From assembly GCA_963783675.1 (NCBI GenBank), contig CAWAOU010000024.1, positions 256,295 through 320,294 on the forward strand: 64,000 nucleotides of DNA. Direction: 5' to 3'. Below, piece after piece: positions 18,635 through 28,082 of this stretch. The DNA is from an uncultured Gammaproteobacteria bacterium. Its GTDB lineage: Bacteria > Pseudomonadota > Gammaproteobacteria > Competibacterales > JAHEDQ01. Under the pieces are notes generated by a model, which saw nothing but the letters and a program-made list of their open reading frames with translations, had not been told where the DNA came from and ran no database searches. Position numbers and translations under genes: made by a program. Within the stretch, counting starts at the first letter, position 1, and every line of letters starts with the position of its first letter.

Positions 18635-19846
18635 ATGACAAGTCGCGTTCACGGGGCGCGGATTCTCGTTTACAGCCACGACACCTTTGGTCTCGGTCAT
18701 CTCCGCCGTTGCCGCGCCATCGCCCATTCCATGGTCGAGGCGTACAAGGGCCTGTCGGTGCTCATCCTGTCCGGTTCCCCGATCATCGGCAGCTTCGATT
18801 TTCGAGCGCGTGTGGACTTTGTGAGGATTCCAGGCGTCATCAAGCTGCACAACGGAGAGTACACCTCCCTCGGTTTGCATATCGATCTGGAACAGACCCT
18901 CGCCATGCGTGCTTCGATCATTCAGCACACAGCCAGCATATTCGCCCCGGATGTGTTCCTGGTGGACAAAGAACCGCTGGGGCTCAAGGGGGAGGTGCGA
19001 GAAACACTGGCGATGCTGAAGGCGCGGGGCACGACCTGCATCCTCGGTCTGCGCGATGTCATGGACGAACCTTTGCTGTTGCGCCGTGAGTGGGAGCGCA
19101 AGAAAGTGGCCCCGGCGCTGGAGCGCCTCTACGATGAAATCTGGGTGTACGGCTTGCCGCAGATCGCCGATCCGCTGGAGGGGATCGAGGTAAGCGATGC
19201 GGTGCGTCGGAAGATGGTCTACACCGGCTATCTGCCCCGGGGGGTGCCTCAATCCGGGGATCTGAACGTACCTGCCCCGGTGCAAGCACCATATGTTCTG
19301 GTGACGCCGGGGGGGGGCGGGGATGGAGCCACCTTGGTCGACTGGGTGTTGCGGGCCTACGAGGCGGCGCCGGATTTGCCGCAGCCTGCGCTGGTGGTAT
19401 TGGGGCCGTTCATGCCGCCCGTTGAACAGCGGGCCTTCCAGGACCGGATCGATGTTCTGGACAAAGTGGAGGTGCTGACGTTTGATGCCCATGTGGAGGT
19501 ACTGATGGCCCGGGCATCGGGTGTGGTGGCCATGGGCGGCTACAATACGTTCTGTGAGATCCTGTCTCTGGACAAGCCGGCGATACTGGTTCCCCGCTCC
19601 CGACCTCGCCGCGAGCAATTGATACGGGCCACCCGGGCGCAAGACCTGGGGTTGGTGCGCATGCTCGATCCCGATGCCAGCAGTGCGGTGGAGCTGATGA
19701 TCGAAGCATTGCGCGCGCTGCCGGCGCAAAAACCGCCTTCCCAGGTTTGTGTGCCTGGTTTGCTGGATGGCCTGGACAAGGTGAATCGGTTGGTCGGCCA
19801 GCACCTGGGTGAACCTGCAGCGCGGGCTCAGACATCCTTCGCCTGA
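18635..19846 (+). CDS. GT-B glycosyltransferase (MurG/GT28-like, COG4671-type)
   Basis: N-terminus RILVYSHDTFGLGHLRRCRAIAH. Glycine loop VTPGGGGDG. Family recalled, not searched. The ATG at 18635 is preferred to the TTG at 18620. Confidence 0.6.
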   Translation: MTSRVHGARILVYSHDTFGLGHLRRCRAIAHSMVEAYKGLSVLILSGSPIIGSFDFRARVDFVRIPGVIKLHNGEYTSLGLHIDLEQTLAMRASIIQHTASIFAPDVFLVDKEPLGLKGEVRETLAMLKARGTTCILGLRDVMDEPLLLRREWERKKVAPALERLYDEIWVYGLPQIADPLEGIEVSDAVRRKMVYTGYLPRGVPQSGDLNVPAPVQAPYVLVTPGGGGDGATLVDWVLRAYEAAPDLPQPALVVLGPFMPPVEQRAFQDRIDVLDKVEVLTFDAHVEVLMARASGVVAMGGYNTFCEILSLDKPAILVPRSRPRREQLIRATRAQDLGLVRMLDPDASSAVELMIEALRALPAQKPPSQVCVPGLLDGLDKVNRLVGQHLGEPAARAQTSFA

Positions 19847-19871
19847 TTCCACGCATCCTCTGATTCAAGCC

Positions 19872-21029
19872 ATGGCTTACGGCCGCGTGTTTCTTTATGT
19901 CCAGCATCTGTTGGGCGTCGGTCATCTGCAGCGGGCGCTTCGGATCGCAGCTGAGTTGGCGCACCACGGTGTGCCGGTGACTCTGGTCAGCGGCGGCATG
20001 CCCATTGAGCCGTCGATCCCTGAGGGCATCGACTGGGTGCAGCTGCCGCCGCTGCGCGCGGCCGATGCCCGTTTCAGCGACTTGGTCGACGTCAATGGGC
20101 ACGCGGTGGATGAAGCGTGGCGCACAACCCGCCTTCGCCGCCTTTTGAGGGCCTTCGAAGATGCCGAACCGCAACTCCTGATCACAGAGACCTTTCCGTT
20201 CGGGCGCAGGCAGATGCGTTTTGAGTTGCTGCCGCTGCTGCGGGCGGCGCATCGGCAATCGCCGCGTCCGATGGTGGTCTCATCCGTGCGAGACGTGTTG
20301 CAGAGCGGCCGTAAGCCTGGTCGGGTGGATGAGGCTGCGGCTTGGGCGGAGCGCTTTTACGATCGGATCCTGGTGCATGGGGATCCCCGTGCGATCCGTT
20401 TTGAAGAGACCTTCGCCCCGGCAGATAGACTGGCGAGGCGCATCCACTACACCGGCTATGTGGGTGCAGGAGTGCCTCCGTTCAGCCCGGTTGGCAACGG
20501 TGAGGTGATCGTCTCTGCCGGCGGGGGCGCGGTCGGGGCCAGACTGCTTGAGACTGCGCTGGCGGCGCGCCCATTGAGCCGGGCCAGATCAATGCCCTGG
20601 CGTCTGCTGGCGGGACACAGCTCCAATCCGGACGCGTTACGGTCCCTGCGCCGCAACGCCGGAGTCGGGGTTACGGTAGAGTCTTCGCGCGCCGACTTTC
20701 CGGCATTGCTGGCCAACGCACGCCTGTCCATCTCCCAGGGGGGCTACAACACACTGATGGATATCCTTCAGGCCAGAGCCAGGGCGGTGGTGGTTCCGTT
20801 CGCTGGCGATGGCGAAACCGAGCAGACGTTTCGCGCTGCACGCTTTGCCGAAATGGGTTTCTTCAGCGTACTGCAGGAGGCTGCGCTCAATGCTGTGGCA
20901 CTGGCACATGCGGTGGATGCGGCCTTGATGCGCCCCCGGCCGGACACCACCCGCATCAATCTGCAAGGCGCCGCCGACAGCGCCGCGCTGTTGGCGGGTT
21001 GGGTTCGCGGCGCGGACGCCCATGTCTGA
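19872..21029 (+). CDS. GT-B glycosyltransferase, paralogue of the preceding gene
   Basis: N-terminus RVFLYVQHLLGVGHLQRALRIAA parallels that of 18635..19846. Glycine loop VSAGGGAVG. C-terminus ISQGGYNT resembles AMGGYNT of the paralogue. Confidence 0.6.
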   Translation: MAYGRVFLYVQHLLGVGHLQRALRIAAELAHHGVPVTLVSGGMPIEPSIPEGIDWVQLPPLRAADARFSDLVDVNGHAVDEAWRTTRLRRLLRAFEDAEPQLLITETFPFGRRQMRFELLPLLRAAHRQSPRPMVVSSVRDVLQSGRKPGRVDEAAAWAERFYDRILVHGDPRAIRFEETFAPADRLARRIHYTGYVGAGVPPFSPVGNGEVIVSAGGGAVGARLLETALAARPLSRARSMPWRLLAGHSSNPDALRSLRRNAGVGVTVESSRADFPALLANARLSISQGGYNTLMDILQARARAVVVPFAGDGETEQTFRAARFAEMGFFSVLQEAALNAVALAHAVDAALMRPRPDTTRINLQGAADSAALLAGWVRGADAHV

Positions 21030-21798
21030 TTGGATTGCGCTCAAGGCGGAACTCGATGCCTGGTGGGATGTGGGCCGTCCGGTCACTCTGTGGTGGCGCG
21101 ATGACGACGTTCAACGTGCCACACCGGCCCTGACGAGATTGCTGGATCTGAGCCGCCGGTATCGGGTTCCGTTGCTCTTGGCCGGGGTGCCTCAGGGCAT
21201 GGATCGGACGCTGGTCAGCCCCATTGCCCAGGTTCCGTTGGCCTGGGTGTGCCAGCATGGTTTTGCGCACGCCAACCATGCTCCGGCCGACGAGAAACGC
21301 AGTGAGTTGGGTCCGCATCGCCCGGTGCAGCTGATGGCCCGGGAGTTGATACGAGGCCTCGATATGCTGCGCGAGCGTCTCGGGGAGCATATGTTGCCGG
21401 TCATGGTGCCGCCTTGGAATCGAATCAGCGCCCAACTGATCGAACTCCTGCCACACCTGGGGTACCGTGGCCTGTCCACTTTTGGCGCACGGGCCAGGGA
21501 TCGGCCGACCACTGGGCTCACCCAGGTTAATACCCATGTGGATCTCATCGACTGGCGAGGAGGGCGGGGCTTTGTTGGCACCGAGGCCGCGCTGTCGCAA
21601 CTGGTCAACCACCTTTCGGCCCGTCGAAAGGGCCAGGCGGATGTGGATGAGCCCACCGGACTCATGAGCCACCATCTGGTTCACGATGATCGCAGCTGGG
21701 CGTTTTGTGAGGGCCTGTTCGAACGCACCTGCGCCCATCCCGGCGTGCGTTGGCTAGAGCCGGGTCAGGTATTTACCCGCGACGACCGATCAGCATGA
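21022..21798 (+). CDS. Putative polysaccharide deacetylase-like protein
   Basis: 8-bp overlap with the preceding glycosyltransferase gene. WWRDDDV and QHGFAHANH resemble the Asp-Asp and His motifs of NodB/DUF2334-type deacetylases. This is a weak, motif-level call. Confidence 0.4.
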   Translation: MSDWIALKAELDAWWDVGRPVTLWWRDDDVQRATPALTRLLDLSRRYRVPLLLAGVPQGMDRTLVSPIAQVPLAWVCQHGFAHANHAPADEKRSELGPHRPVQLMARELIRGLDMLRERLGEHMLPVMVPPWNRISAQLIELLPHLGYRGLSTFGARARDRPTTGLTQVNTHVDLIDWRGGRGFVGTEAALSQLVNHLSARRKGQADVDEPTGLMSHHLVHDDRSWAFCEGLFERTCAHPGVRWLEPGQVFTRDDRSA

Positions 21799-22471
21799 AG
21801 CGCGTATAGCGCTTCAAGGGCAGCCTGTCCGCATACAGCAGTTCCGACATCGGCGCCTGTTGACGGAACGCCGCCAGGTCGGCCACGCAGTTTACGTGTT
21901 CCTCGCATGCGAAATAGTCGTTGGACTGCAGGACCAGCAACGTGCCGGCGGGGATGGCATCGTACCAACGCTGAAAGTCATCCAGATGCTCGCAACTGGT
22001 GTTGATGACCAGGTCCGGGGACGCATGGACCTCGGCCGTGCCGCCACGACCATCAGGTTCTTCGAATCGGTCCGAGCGGTAGTTCAGGCTGGCCATATCG
22101 CGGGTTACCGCCAGAAAACGGCCCCGTTCCACGTGGCGTCGATTCAGCAGCATGGCGACCGGCGCGCACCCTGGGTCGATGTCGATGCTGATCGCCCTGC
22201 GAACCCCAAGCTGGGTCTCGTTCAACAGCATCGCGCTCAGCACGCCGTACCAGCCGCCCAGTACATAAACGGTACCCAACGGGGTTGCGGCGACCCGCAT
22301 GAGCTCGGTCACCAGCCACTTTTTGCTCGCCACCTGGTTTTTGTTCAGGCTGTGGGCGAAGTTTGGATCCGGATAGCGGGATACTGTCCGCAGAACGTCG
22401 CCGATCAGGGGATGTTCCGTATATCGGGCAAGCCCATCCAGCAAGGTTTGATAGAGCTCATCCTTATCCAT
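21773..22471 (-). CDS. Putative class I SAM-dependent methyltransferase
   Basis: VYVLGGWYGVLSAM (motif I-like), AISIDIDP (acidic end of beta2) and VINTSCEHL. Start chosen at the ATG at 22471 (MDKDELYQ); the track start 22498 is also possible. Confidence 0.45.
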   Translation of the reverse strand: MDKDELYQTLLDGLARYTEHPLIGDVLRTVSRYPDPNFAHSLNKNQVASKKWLVTELMRVAATPLGTVYVLGGWYGVLSAMLLNETQLGVRRAISIDIDPGCAPVAMLLNRRHVERGRFLAVTRDMASLNYRSDRFEEPDGRGGTAEVHASPDLVINTSCEHLDDFQRWYDAIPAGTLLVLQSNDYFACEEHVNCVADLAAFRQQAPMSELLYADRLPLKRYTRFMLIGRRG

Positions 22472-23081
22472 CGCCAGTGCGCTCCGCCACCTTGCCATCC
22501 AGCACTACAAGTCGTCGATGTGCGTGTTCGGTTTCCACGCCCGGGCAGTGGCTCAGATCGATGTCCAGTTGCACCCTCAGATCCAGGCCCGCACCCTCCA
22601 CCAGACTCTCGACATTGCTGCGGCCCAGACCCCAATCCACCGCAAATTCCAGCACCGCAACCCGGGCACTGCTCAGCAAGCTGATCAGCTTGTCCCACTC
22701 CCGTCGGCGCTGCGTCGGTTCATCGCTGAAGTGCTTCATGGACGCACCCAGCAGCACCACCCCGTACGTGCCGGCCTGTACCTGGAACGATTCGGACTGA
22801 AACATGGCCGCCCGATGTTCGATCCGGCAGGGCTGTCCATTCAGCGTCGTGGCGGTGTAGGGTTGAATCAGCGGGTCTACCACCAGTACCTGCGCCGGCA
22901 CCCGGGTGAGGAATCGGGTGATGGGTGTTTTGAAGCCTCCGATCTCAATCACGCTCTGGCAGTCACGGACATAGTGCGCCGCCAGCACATAGCGTGACAT
23001 TGCCCCTTCCGTCAGGAGGTAGTTCATGTCCGGGTACGAGTGGGTGTCGGGTGTCTCCCAGGGGCAGGGAGTCTCGGTCAT
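22464..23081 (-). CDS. Putative methyltransferase-like protein
   Basis: VIEIGGFKTPITRFL followed by VLVVDP resembles Rossmann motif I plus the acidic loop. Overlaps the downstream gene. Product assignment is weak. Confidence 0.4.
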   Translation of the reverse strand: MTETPCPWETPDTHSYPDMNYLLTEGAMSRYVLAAHYVRDCQSVIEIGGFKTPITRFLTRVPAQVLVVDPLIQPYTATTLNGQPCRIEHRAAMFQSESFQVQAGTYGVVLLGASMKHFSDEPTQRRREWDKLISLLSSARVAVLEFAVDWGLGRSNVESLVEGAGLDLRVQLDIDLSHCPGVETEHAHRRLVVLDGKVAERTGDG

Positions 23082-23164
23082 CGGGATCGGTTCTCATGTC
23101 AGCTCACGCAGGGCTCGGCATTATCCGCCCCGGTCGAGCAAATACACAACCGCATCTGAACAAG

Positions 23165-23190
23165 GGGTTTTGCTTGACCTGGCAAAACCC
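23165..23190. promoter_or_regulatory. Perfect 9-bp inverted repeat upstream of the ABC importer operon
   Basis: GGGTTTTGC-ttgacctg-GCAAAACCC. The 8-nt centre contains TTGACC, a -35-like hexamer. It lies 67 nt upstream of the ATG at 23257. Confidence 0.35.
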
Positions 23191-23256
23191 GCGGGTTAGA
23201 GCTATGTCTACAAGCACAGCTAAGAAACCCTGCCTGTGGCGGGGAGCGGGTTATTG

Positions 23257-25143
23257 ATGGACAAACTTCTGGAGGTACGCGACCTCAGGGTTGATTTTCA
23301 GATTCACGGCGGTGTTGTTTCCGCGATACGCGGAATCAGTTTCGACGTTCGACCGGGATCGACCGTGGCGTTGGTGGGGGAATCGGGCTCGGGTAAATCG
23401 GTGACCGCCCAGGCGATCATGGGCATATTGCCCAATACCGCAAGCATCCGGGGCGGACAGATTCTGCTGCATGATCCGGTCGACCCGGATGCGGTCATCG
23501 ACATCGCCGCACTGGACACGTCAGGACCGAAGATGCGCTCGATTCGAGGCGGCAAGATCTCGATCATTTTTCAGGAGCCCATGACGTCGCTGTCGCCCCT
23601 GCATACGGTTGGTGACCAGGTCAGCGAAGCCGTGTTTCTGCATCGTCAGATGGACCATGACGCCGGCATTTCCCTGACCCAGGAGATGCTGCGAATGGTG
23701 GGCTTTCCGGACCCGAAACGGGCCCTCGACATGTACCCGTTCGAATTGTCAGGGGGGTTGCGGCAGCGGGCAATGATTGCCATGGCACTGATCTGCAATC
23801 CCAGCATGCTGATCGCCGACGAACCCACCACAGCCCTGGATGTGACCATACAGGCGCAGATCCTCAGCCTGATTCTCGATTTGCAGAAAGAGCTGGGTAT
23901 GGCGGTGCTGATGATCACCCACGATCTCGGCGTGGTGGCCAATCTGGCTGAGGAAGTGGTGGTCATGTACCACGGCGAGATCATGGAGCGGGGCGACGTC
24001 CATGATATTTTCGACAACCCGCAGCACCCCTACCTGAAGGCGTTGCTACGCGCGGTTCCCCATTTTGATATGAAACCCGGTGAGCGCCTGGTCCCGGTGC
24101 GCGAGATCGAACATGAAACGGGCAGCTTAATGGCAGGGAAACAACCCTGGCCAGCCGGGGCAGCGGATCGAGCACCTCACCTGTCGGTGCAGGGACTCAC
24201 CAAGCATTTCACGATTCGCAAGAGCAGCTTCTTTGGGCAGGGTGACGAGACCCGCGTAACCGCGGTGGATGACGTGAGTTTCGAAGTCGCCCATGGTGAG
24301 AGCTTCGGCTTGGTGGGCGAGAGCGGCTGCGGTAAAACCACCGTCAGCAAAATGATCATGCGGGCGCTGTCACCCGACGCTGGAACCATACAGTACAACG
24401 ATAAGGGTCATCCGGTGGACGTACTGGCCTTGGAAGGACGGGATCTGGAGCGGTTCCGCACCCGAATGCAGTTCATTTTCCAGGACCCGTTCAGCTCCCT
24501 GAGCCCGCGGATGTCCGTGTTCGACATCATCCGCGAACCGCTGATCATTCATCGACTGGGCGATGCCGACTATCAGGCGGAAATGTGCAAGGAGTTGATG
24601 CGCCTGGTGGGACTGGACCCGAGATTTCTCAGTCGCTATCCGCACAGCTTTTCCGGCGGCCAGCGCCAACGCATCGGCATTGCCCGAGCACTGGCTTTAC
24701 AGCCTGATCTGCTGATTTGTGACGAGCCCGTTTCGGCGTTGGATGTATCGATACAGGCGCAAATTCTCAATCTGATGAAAGACCTCCAGCAGGAACTCGG
24801 GCTGACCTATTTGTTCATTTCCCACAACCTCGCGGTGGTGGATTATGTGGCGGATCGAATCGCGGTCATGTGTGCCGGTCGCTTGGTGGAGGTCGCGCCC
24901 CGTGAGGCTCTGTTCAGCAACCCGGTGCATCCCTACACTCGGGCGTTGCTGACTGCGGTGCCGTACCCGGATTTGAAGCGACCGCTGGATTTCGCCGGCA
25001 TTGCCGAGGGCAAGGCTTCTGATCCGGCAGCCTGGCCTCACCCCTACACGGTGCGGGGTGACGCGCCACTCGGGCTGGTGGAGGTCGGCGATCGGCATTT
25101 CGTTCGCGTATTGGAAGACGCAGATCTTCGGGAGACTGCCTGA
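23257..25143 (+). CDS. Peptide/opine-type ABC importer, fused double ATPase (YejF-like)
   Basis: Two Walker A motifs (GESGSGKS, GESGCGKT). Two signature motifs (LSGGLRQR, FSGGQRQR). Two Walker B motifs (MLIADEPTTALD, LLICDEPVSALD). Confidence 0.9.
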   Translation: MDKLLEVRDLRVDFQIHGGVVSAIRGISFDVRPGSTVALVGESGSGKSVTAQAIMGILPNTASIRGGQILLHDPVDPDAVIDIAALDTSGPKMRSIRGGKISIIFQEPMTSLSPLHTVGDQVSEAVFLHRQMDHDAGISLTQEMLRMVGFPDPKRALDMYPFELSGGLRQRAMIAMALICNPSMLIADEPTTALDVTIQAQILSLILDLQKELGMAVLMITHDLGVVANLAEEVVVMYHGEIMERGDVHDIFDNPQHPYLKALLRAVPHFDMKPGERLVPVREIEHETGSLMAGKQPWPAGAADRAPHLSVQGLTKHFTIRKSSFFGQGDETRVTAVDDVSFEVAHGESFGLVGESGCGKTTVSKMIMRALSPDAGTIQYNDKGHPVDVLALEGRDLERFRTRMQFIFQDPFSSLSPRMSVFDIIREPLIIHRLGDADYQAEMCKELMRLVGLDPRFLSRYPHSFSGGQRQRIGIARALALQPDLLICDEPVSALDVSIQAQILNLMKDLQQELGLTYLFISHNLAVVDYVADRIAVMCAGRLVEVAPREALFSNPVHPYTRALLTAVPYPDLKRPLDFAGIAEGKASDPAAWPHPYTVRGDAPLGLVEVGDRHFVRVLEDADLRETA

Positions 25144-27059
25144 TGGCTCGCACCCCTGGCCACCGCCCTTTGATGCTCATGTTAGCAGCCATCTTTGCGG
25201 TGAGCACGGCACATGGCGTTGACTATGTCGAAACGCCTTCCCTGGTCGATCAGGTCGCGGCGGGTGAGTTGCCGCCGGTGGCGGAAAGGCTGCCCTTGGA
25301 CCCAGCCGTTGTGACCTTCGACCGGCCTGATATGTTCCCGGGAGAACACGGTGGTGAACTCAGGATCTTGATGGGCAAATCCAAGGACATCCGGATGATG
25401 ATGGTCTATGGCTATGCCCGTCTGGTGGGTTACAACCAGGCGCTTGAGCTTGAGCCGGATCTGCTTCGGGATATCGAAGTGGAGGACAGCCGGATCTTCA
25501 CCTTGCATCTGAGAGAGGGCCACAAGTGGTCGGATGGCCATCCCTTTACCAGCGAGGATTTTCGCTATTACTGGGAAGACATCGCCAACGACAGCGAACT
25601 GTCCCCGTTCGGCCCGCCCAAATTGCTGCTGGTGAAAGGAGATCCGCCCACGGTCGAGATACTGGATGAAGTCACGGTGCGATATACGTGGGCGCGGCCG
25701 AACCCCAATTTTCTGCCGGCCCTGGCCGGGGCGAGGCCTCTTTTCATCTATCGTCCGGCCCACTATCTGAAGCAATTCCATGGCAAATACACTCCGGTCG
25801 AGTCCATTCAGGCGATAATAGATCGAACCGGGACGCGAAACTGGGCCGGACTCCATCACCGCATGGACCATCCCTACAAATCCGACAATCCCGACTTGCC
25901 GGTACTCCAGCCCTGGAAGGACATCACGCCGCCGCCCGCAGACCGGTTCTTATTTGAGCGCAATCCGTTCTACCACCGGGTGGACATCAACGGTTTGCAA
26001 CTGCCCTACATCGATCGTGTTGTGGTTAACATCGCCGACAACAAACTGGTGCCTGCAAAGGCGGGCGCCGGGGATACCGATCTTCAGGGCCGCTATCTGC
26101 GATTCGACAACTACACGTTTCTGAAGGCCAGCGAGGAGCGAAACGACTACCAGGTTCGTTTGTGGCGCACCGCGCGCGGGTCCCAGATCGCCCTCTATCC
26201 AAATCTCAACGTCACCGACCCGGTTTGGCGGGAACTGGTGCGCGACGTGCGTTTCAGGCGTGCCCTGTCATTGGCCATAGATCGGGTGGAAATCAATGAA
26301 GTGGTTTACTACGGGCTGGCCCATGAAGCCGCCAACATGGTGTTGCCGGAGAGTCCACTGTTCCGCGAAGAATACAGGGATGCCTGGGCCCAGTTCGACT
26401 TGGCCGAGGCCAACCGGCTGTTGGATGAGATTGGACTCACGGAGCGCAACAAGCGCGGCCTGAGGTTGTTACCCGACGGTCGGCCTATGGAGTTGGTGAT
26501 CGAGACCGCCGGTGAAAGCACCGAGGAAACCGACGTGCTTGAGTTGATCCACGACAGCTGGGTCAAGATCGGGGTCAAGCCATTCGCAAAGCCATCCCAG
26601 CGCGAAGTGTTCCGCAATCGGATATTCTCCGGTGACGCGGTCATGTCGATCTGGTCAGGCCTGGACAATGGCATCCCCACCCCGGAGATGGTCCCGGTGG
26701 AGTTCGCGCCAACTTCGCAGGTGCATCTGCAGTGGCCTCAGTGGGGGCAGAACTACGAGACCGGAGGCGAGGCGGGCGAGCCGCCGGATCTCCCCGAAGC
26801 TCAGCGGCTTATGTCATTGTATGTGGCCTGGGAGCAGGCTGAGAGCGCCGAGCAGCGAGAAGCCATCTGGCACGAGATGCTGTCGATTTTCGCCGATCAG
26901 GTTTACACCATCGGCGTCGTGTCCGGCGTGCGACAGCCGGTGGTGGTTTCCAACGATCTGCATAATGTGCCGGTGGAGGGCATATACAGTTGGGATCCCG
27001 GCGCCTACTTCGGCATATACCATCCCGACACATTCTGGTTAGATCCAGAGCGGCGCTGA
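25143..27059 (+). CDS. ABC transporter substrate-binding protein, family 5 (peptide/nickel/opine type)
   Basis: Signal peptide MLMLAAIFAVSTAHG. 638 aa. The start overlaps the ATPase stop (TGATG). Sits within the ATPase-SBP-permease-permease operon. Confidence 0.85.
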   Translation: MARTPGHRPLMLMLAAIFAVSTAHGVDYVETPSLVDQVAAGELPPVAERLPLDPAVVTFDRPDMFPGEHGGELRILMGKSKDIRMMMVYGYARLVGYNQALELEPDLLRDIEVEDSRIFTLHLREGHKWSDGHPFTSEDFRYYWEDIANDSELSPFGPPKLLLVKGDPPTVEILDEVTVRYTWARPNPNFLPALAGARPLFIYRPAHYLKQFHGKYTPVESIQAIIDRTGTRNWAGLHHRMDHPYKSDNPDLPVLQPWKDITPPPADRFLFERNPFYHRVDINGLQLPYIDRVVVNIADNKLVPAKAGAGDTDLQGRYLRFDNYTFLKASEERNDYQVRLWRTARGSQIALYPNLNVTDPVWRELVRDVRFRRALSLAIDRVEINEVVYYGLAHEAANMVLPESPLFREEYRDAWAQFDLAEANRLLDEIGLTERNKRGLRLLPDGRPMELVIETAGESTEETDVLELIHDSWVKIGVKPFAKPSQREVFRNRIFSGDAVMSIWSGLDNGIPTPEMVPVEFAPTSQVHLQWPQWGQNYETGGEAGEPPDLPEAQRLMSLYVAWEQAESAEQREAIWHEMLSIFADQVYTIGVVSGVRQPVVVSNDLHNVPVEGIYSWDPGAYFGIYHPDTFWLDPERR

Positions 27060-27083
27060 GTTTACCCAAGAGTCCAGGTCGAT

Positions 27084-28082
27084 ATGTTCCGATACATCGT
27101 TCACCGCCTGCTGCTGATGATCCCGACCCTGTTGGCGATCAGCATCATTGTGTTTGTCATCATCCAGTTGCCGCCCGGCGATTATCTGGAAAGCGAGATA
27201 GCGGAGTTACAAAGCCAGGGCGAGTCGGTGGACGAGGAGAAGATCGCCTTCCTGCGCCAGCATTATGGTCTCGACAAACCCATGCACGAACAGTATGTGC
27301 ATTGGCTGTTTGGCATGGTGCAGGGGGATTTCGGCTATTCCTTCGAATACAATCTCCCGGTCAACGACGTGGTTGGCGACCGTCTGTTCCTAACCGTCAT
27401 CGTCTCCATGGTGACGATCCTGTTTACCTGGGCGGTGGCGTTCCCCATCGGAATCTACTCGGCCACCCACCAGTACAGCTGGGGGGACTACGGCTTGACG
27501 TTTCTGGGCTTCATCGGTGTCGCGACGCCCAATTTCCTGCTTGCCCTGGTCATGCTGTACCTGGCCAACGTCTGGTTCGGGACGTCCATCGGCGGCTTGA
27601 TGGACCCGGAGTACATCGACCAGCCCTGGAGTTGGGCCAAGTTCATGTCGGTGCTGGAACACATGTGGATTCCAGTGGTCGTGATTGGCACCTCGGGTAC
27701 CGCTGGCATGATCCGTCGGCTGCGGGCAAATCTACTGGACGAGTTGCAGAAGCAGTACGTCACCACCGGGCGCGCAAAGGGCTTGCCACCCGGGAAGCTG
27801 CTGCGCAAGTATCCGCTGCGCATGGCGTTGAATTTTTTCATATCCGATATCGGCAGCCTGTTGCCATCGGTGATTTCGGGGGCAGAGGTGGTGGCGGTGG
27901 TCATGTCGCTGCCCACCACCGGACCGATGCTGCTGTCCGCGCTGCAGAGTCAGGACATGTATCTGGCGGGCTCGTTCCTGATGTTTCTGGCCACGCTCAC
28001 GGTTGTCGGCGTGCTGGTGTCGGATATCGCATTGGCAATTCTGGATCCAAGGATTCGTTTTGAGGGGGGGTCCACCCGATGA
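27084..28082 (+). CDS. ABC transporter permease (DppB/YejB-like)
   Basis: Six hydrophobic segments. EAA-loop-like sequence YVTTGRAKGLPPGKLLRKYPLR. Confidence 0.85.
   Translation: MFRYIVHRLLLMIPTLLAISIIVFVIIQLPPGDYLESEIAELQSQGESVDEEKIAFLRQHYGLDKPMHEQYVHWLFGMVQGDFGYSFEYNLPVNDVVGDRLFLTVIVSMVTILFTWAVAFPIGIYSATHQYSWGDYGLTFLGFIGVATPNFLLALVMLYLANVWFGTSIGGLMDPEYIDQPWSWAKFMSVLEHMWIPVVVIGTSGTAGMIRRLRANLLDELQKQYVTTGRAKGLPPGKLLRKYPLRMALNFFISDIGSLLPSVISGAEVVAVVMSLPTTGPMLLSALQSQDMYLAGSFLMFLATLTVVGVLVSDIALAILDPRIRFEGGSTR

Noticed and set aside
18587-19852. 421-aa minus-strand ORF covering the first glycosyltransferase gene.
   Set aside because: Antisense shadow. The plus-strand frame carries GT-B motifs and continues in an operon-like arrangement. 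The minus-frame protein is low-complexity, rich in His, Arg, Gln and Pro.
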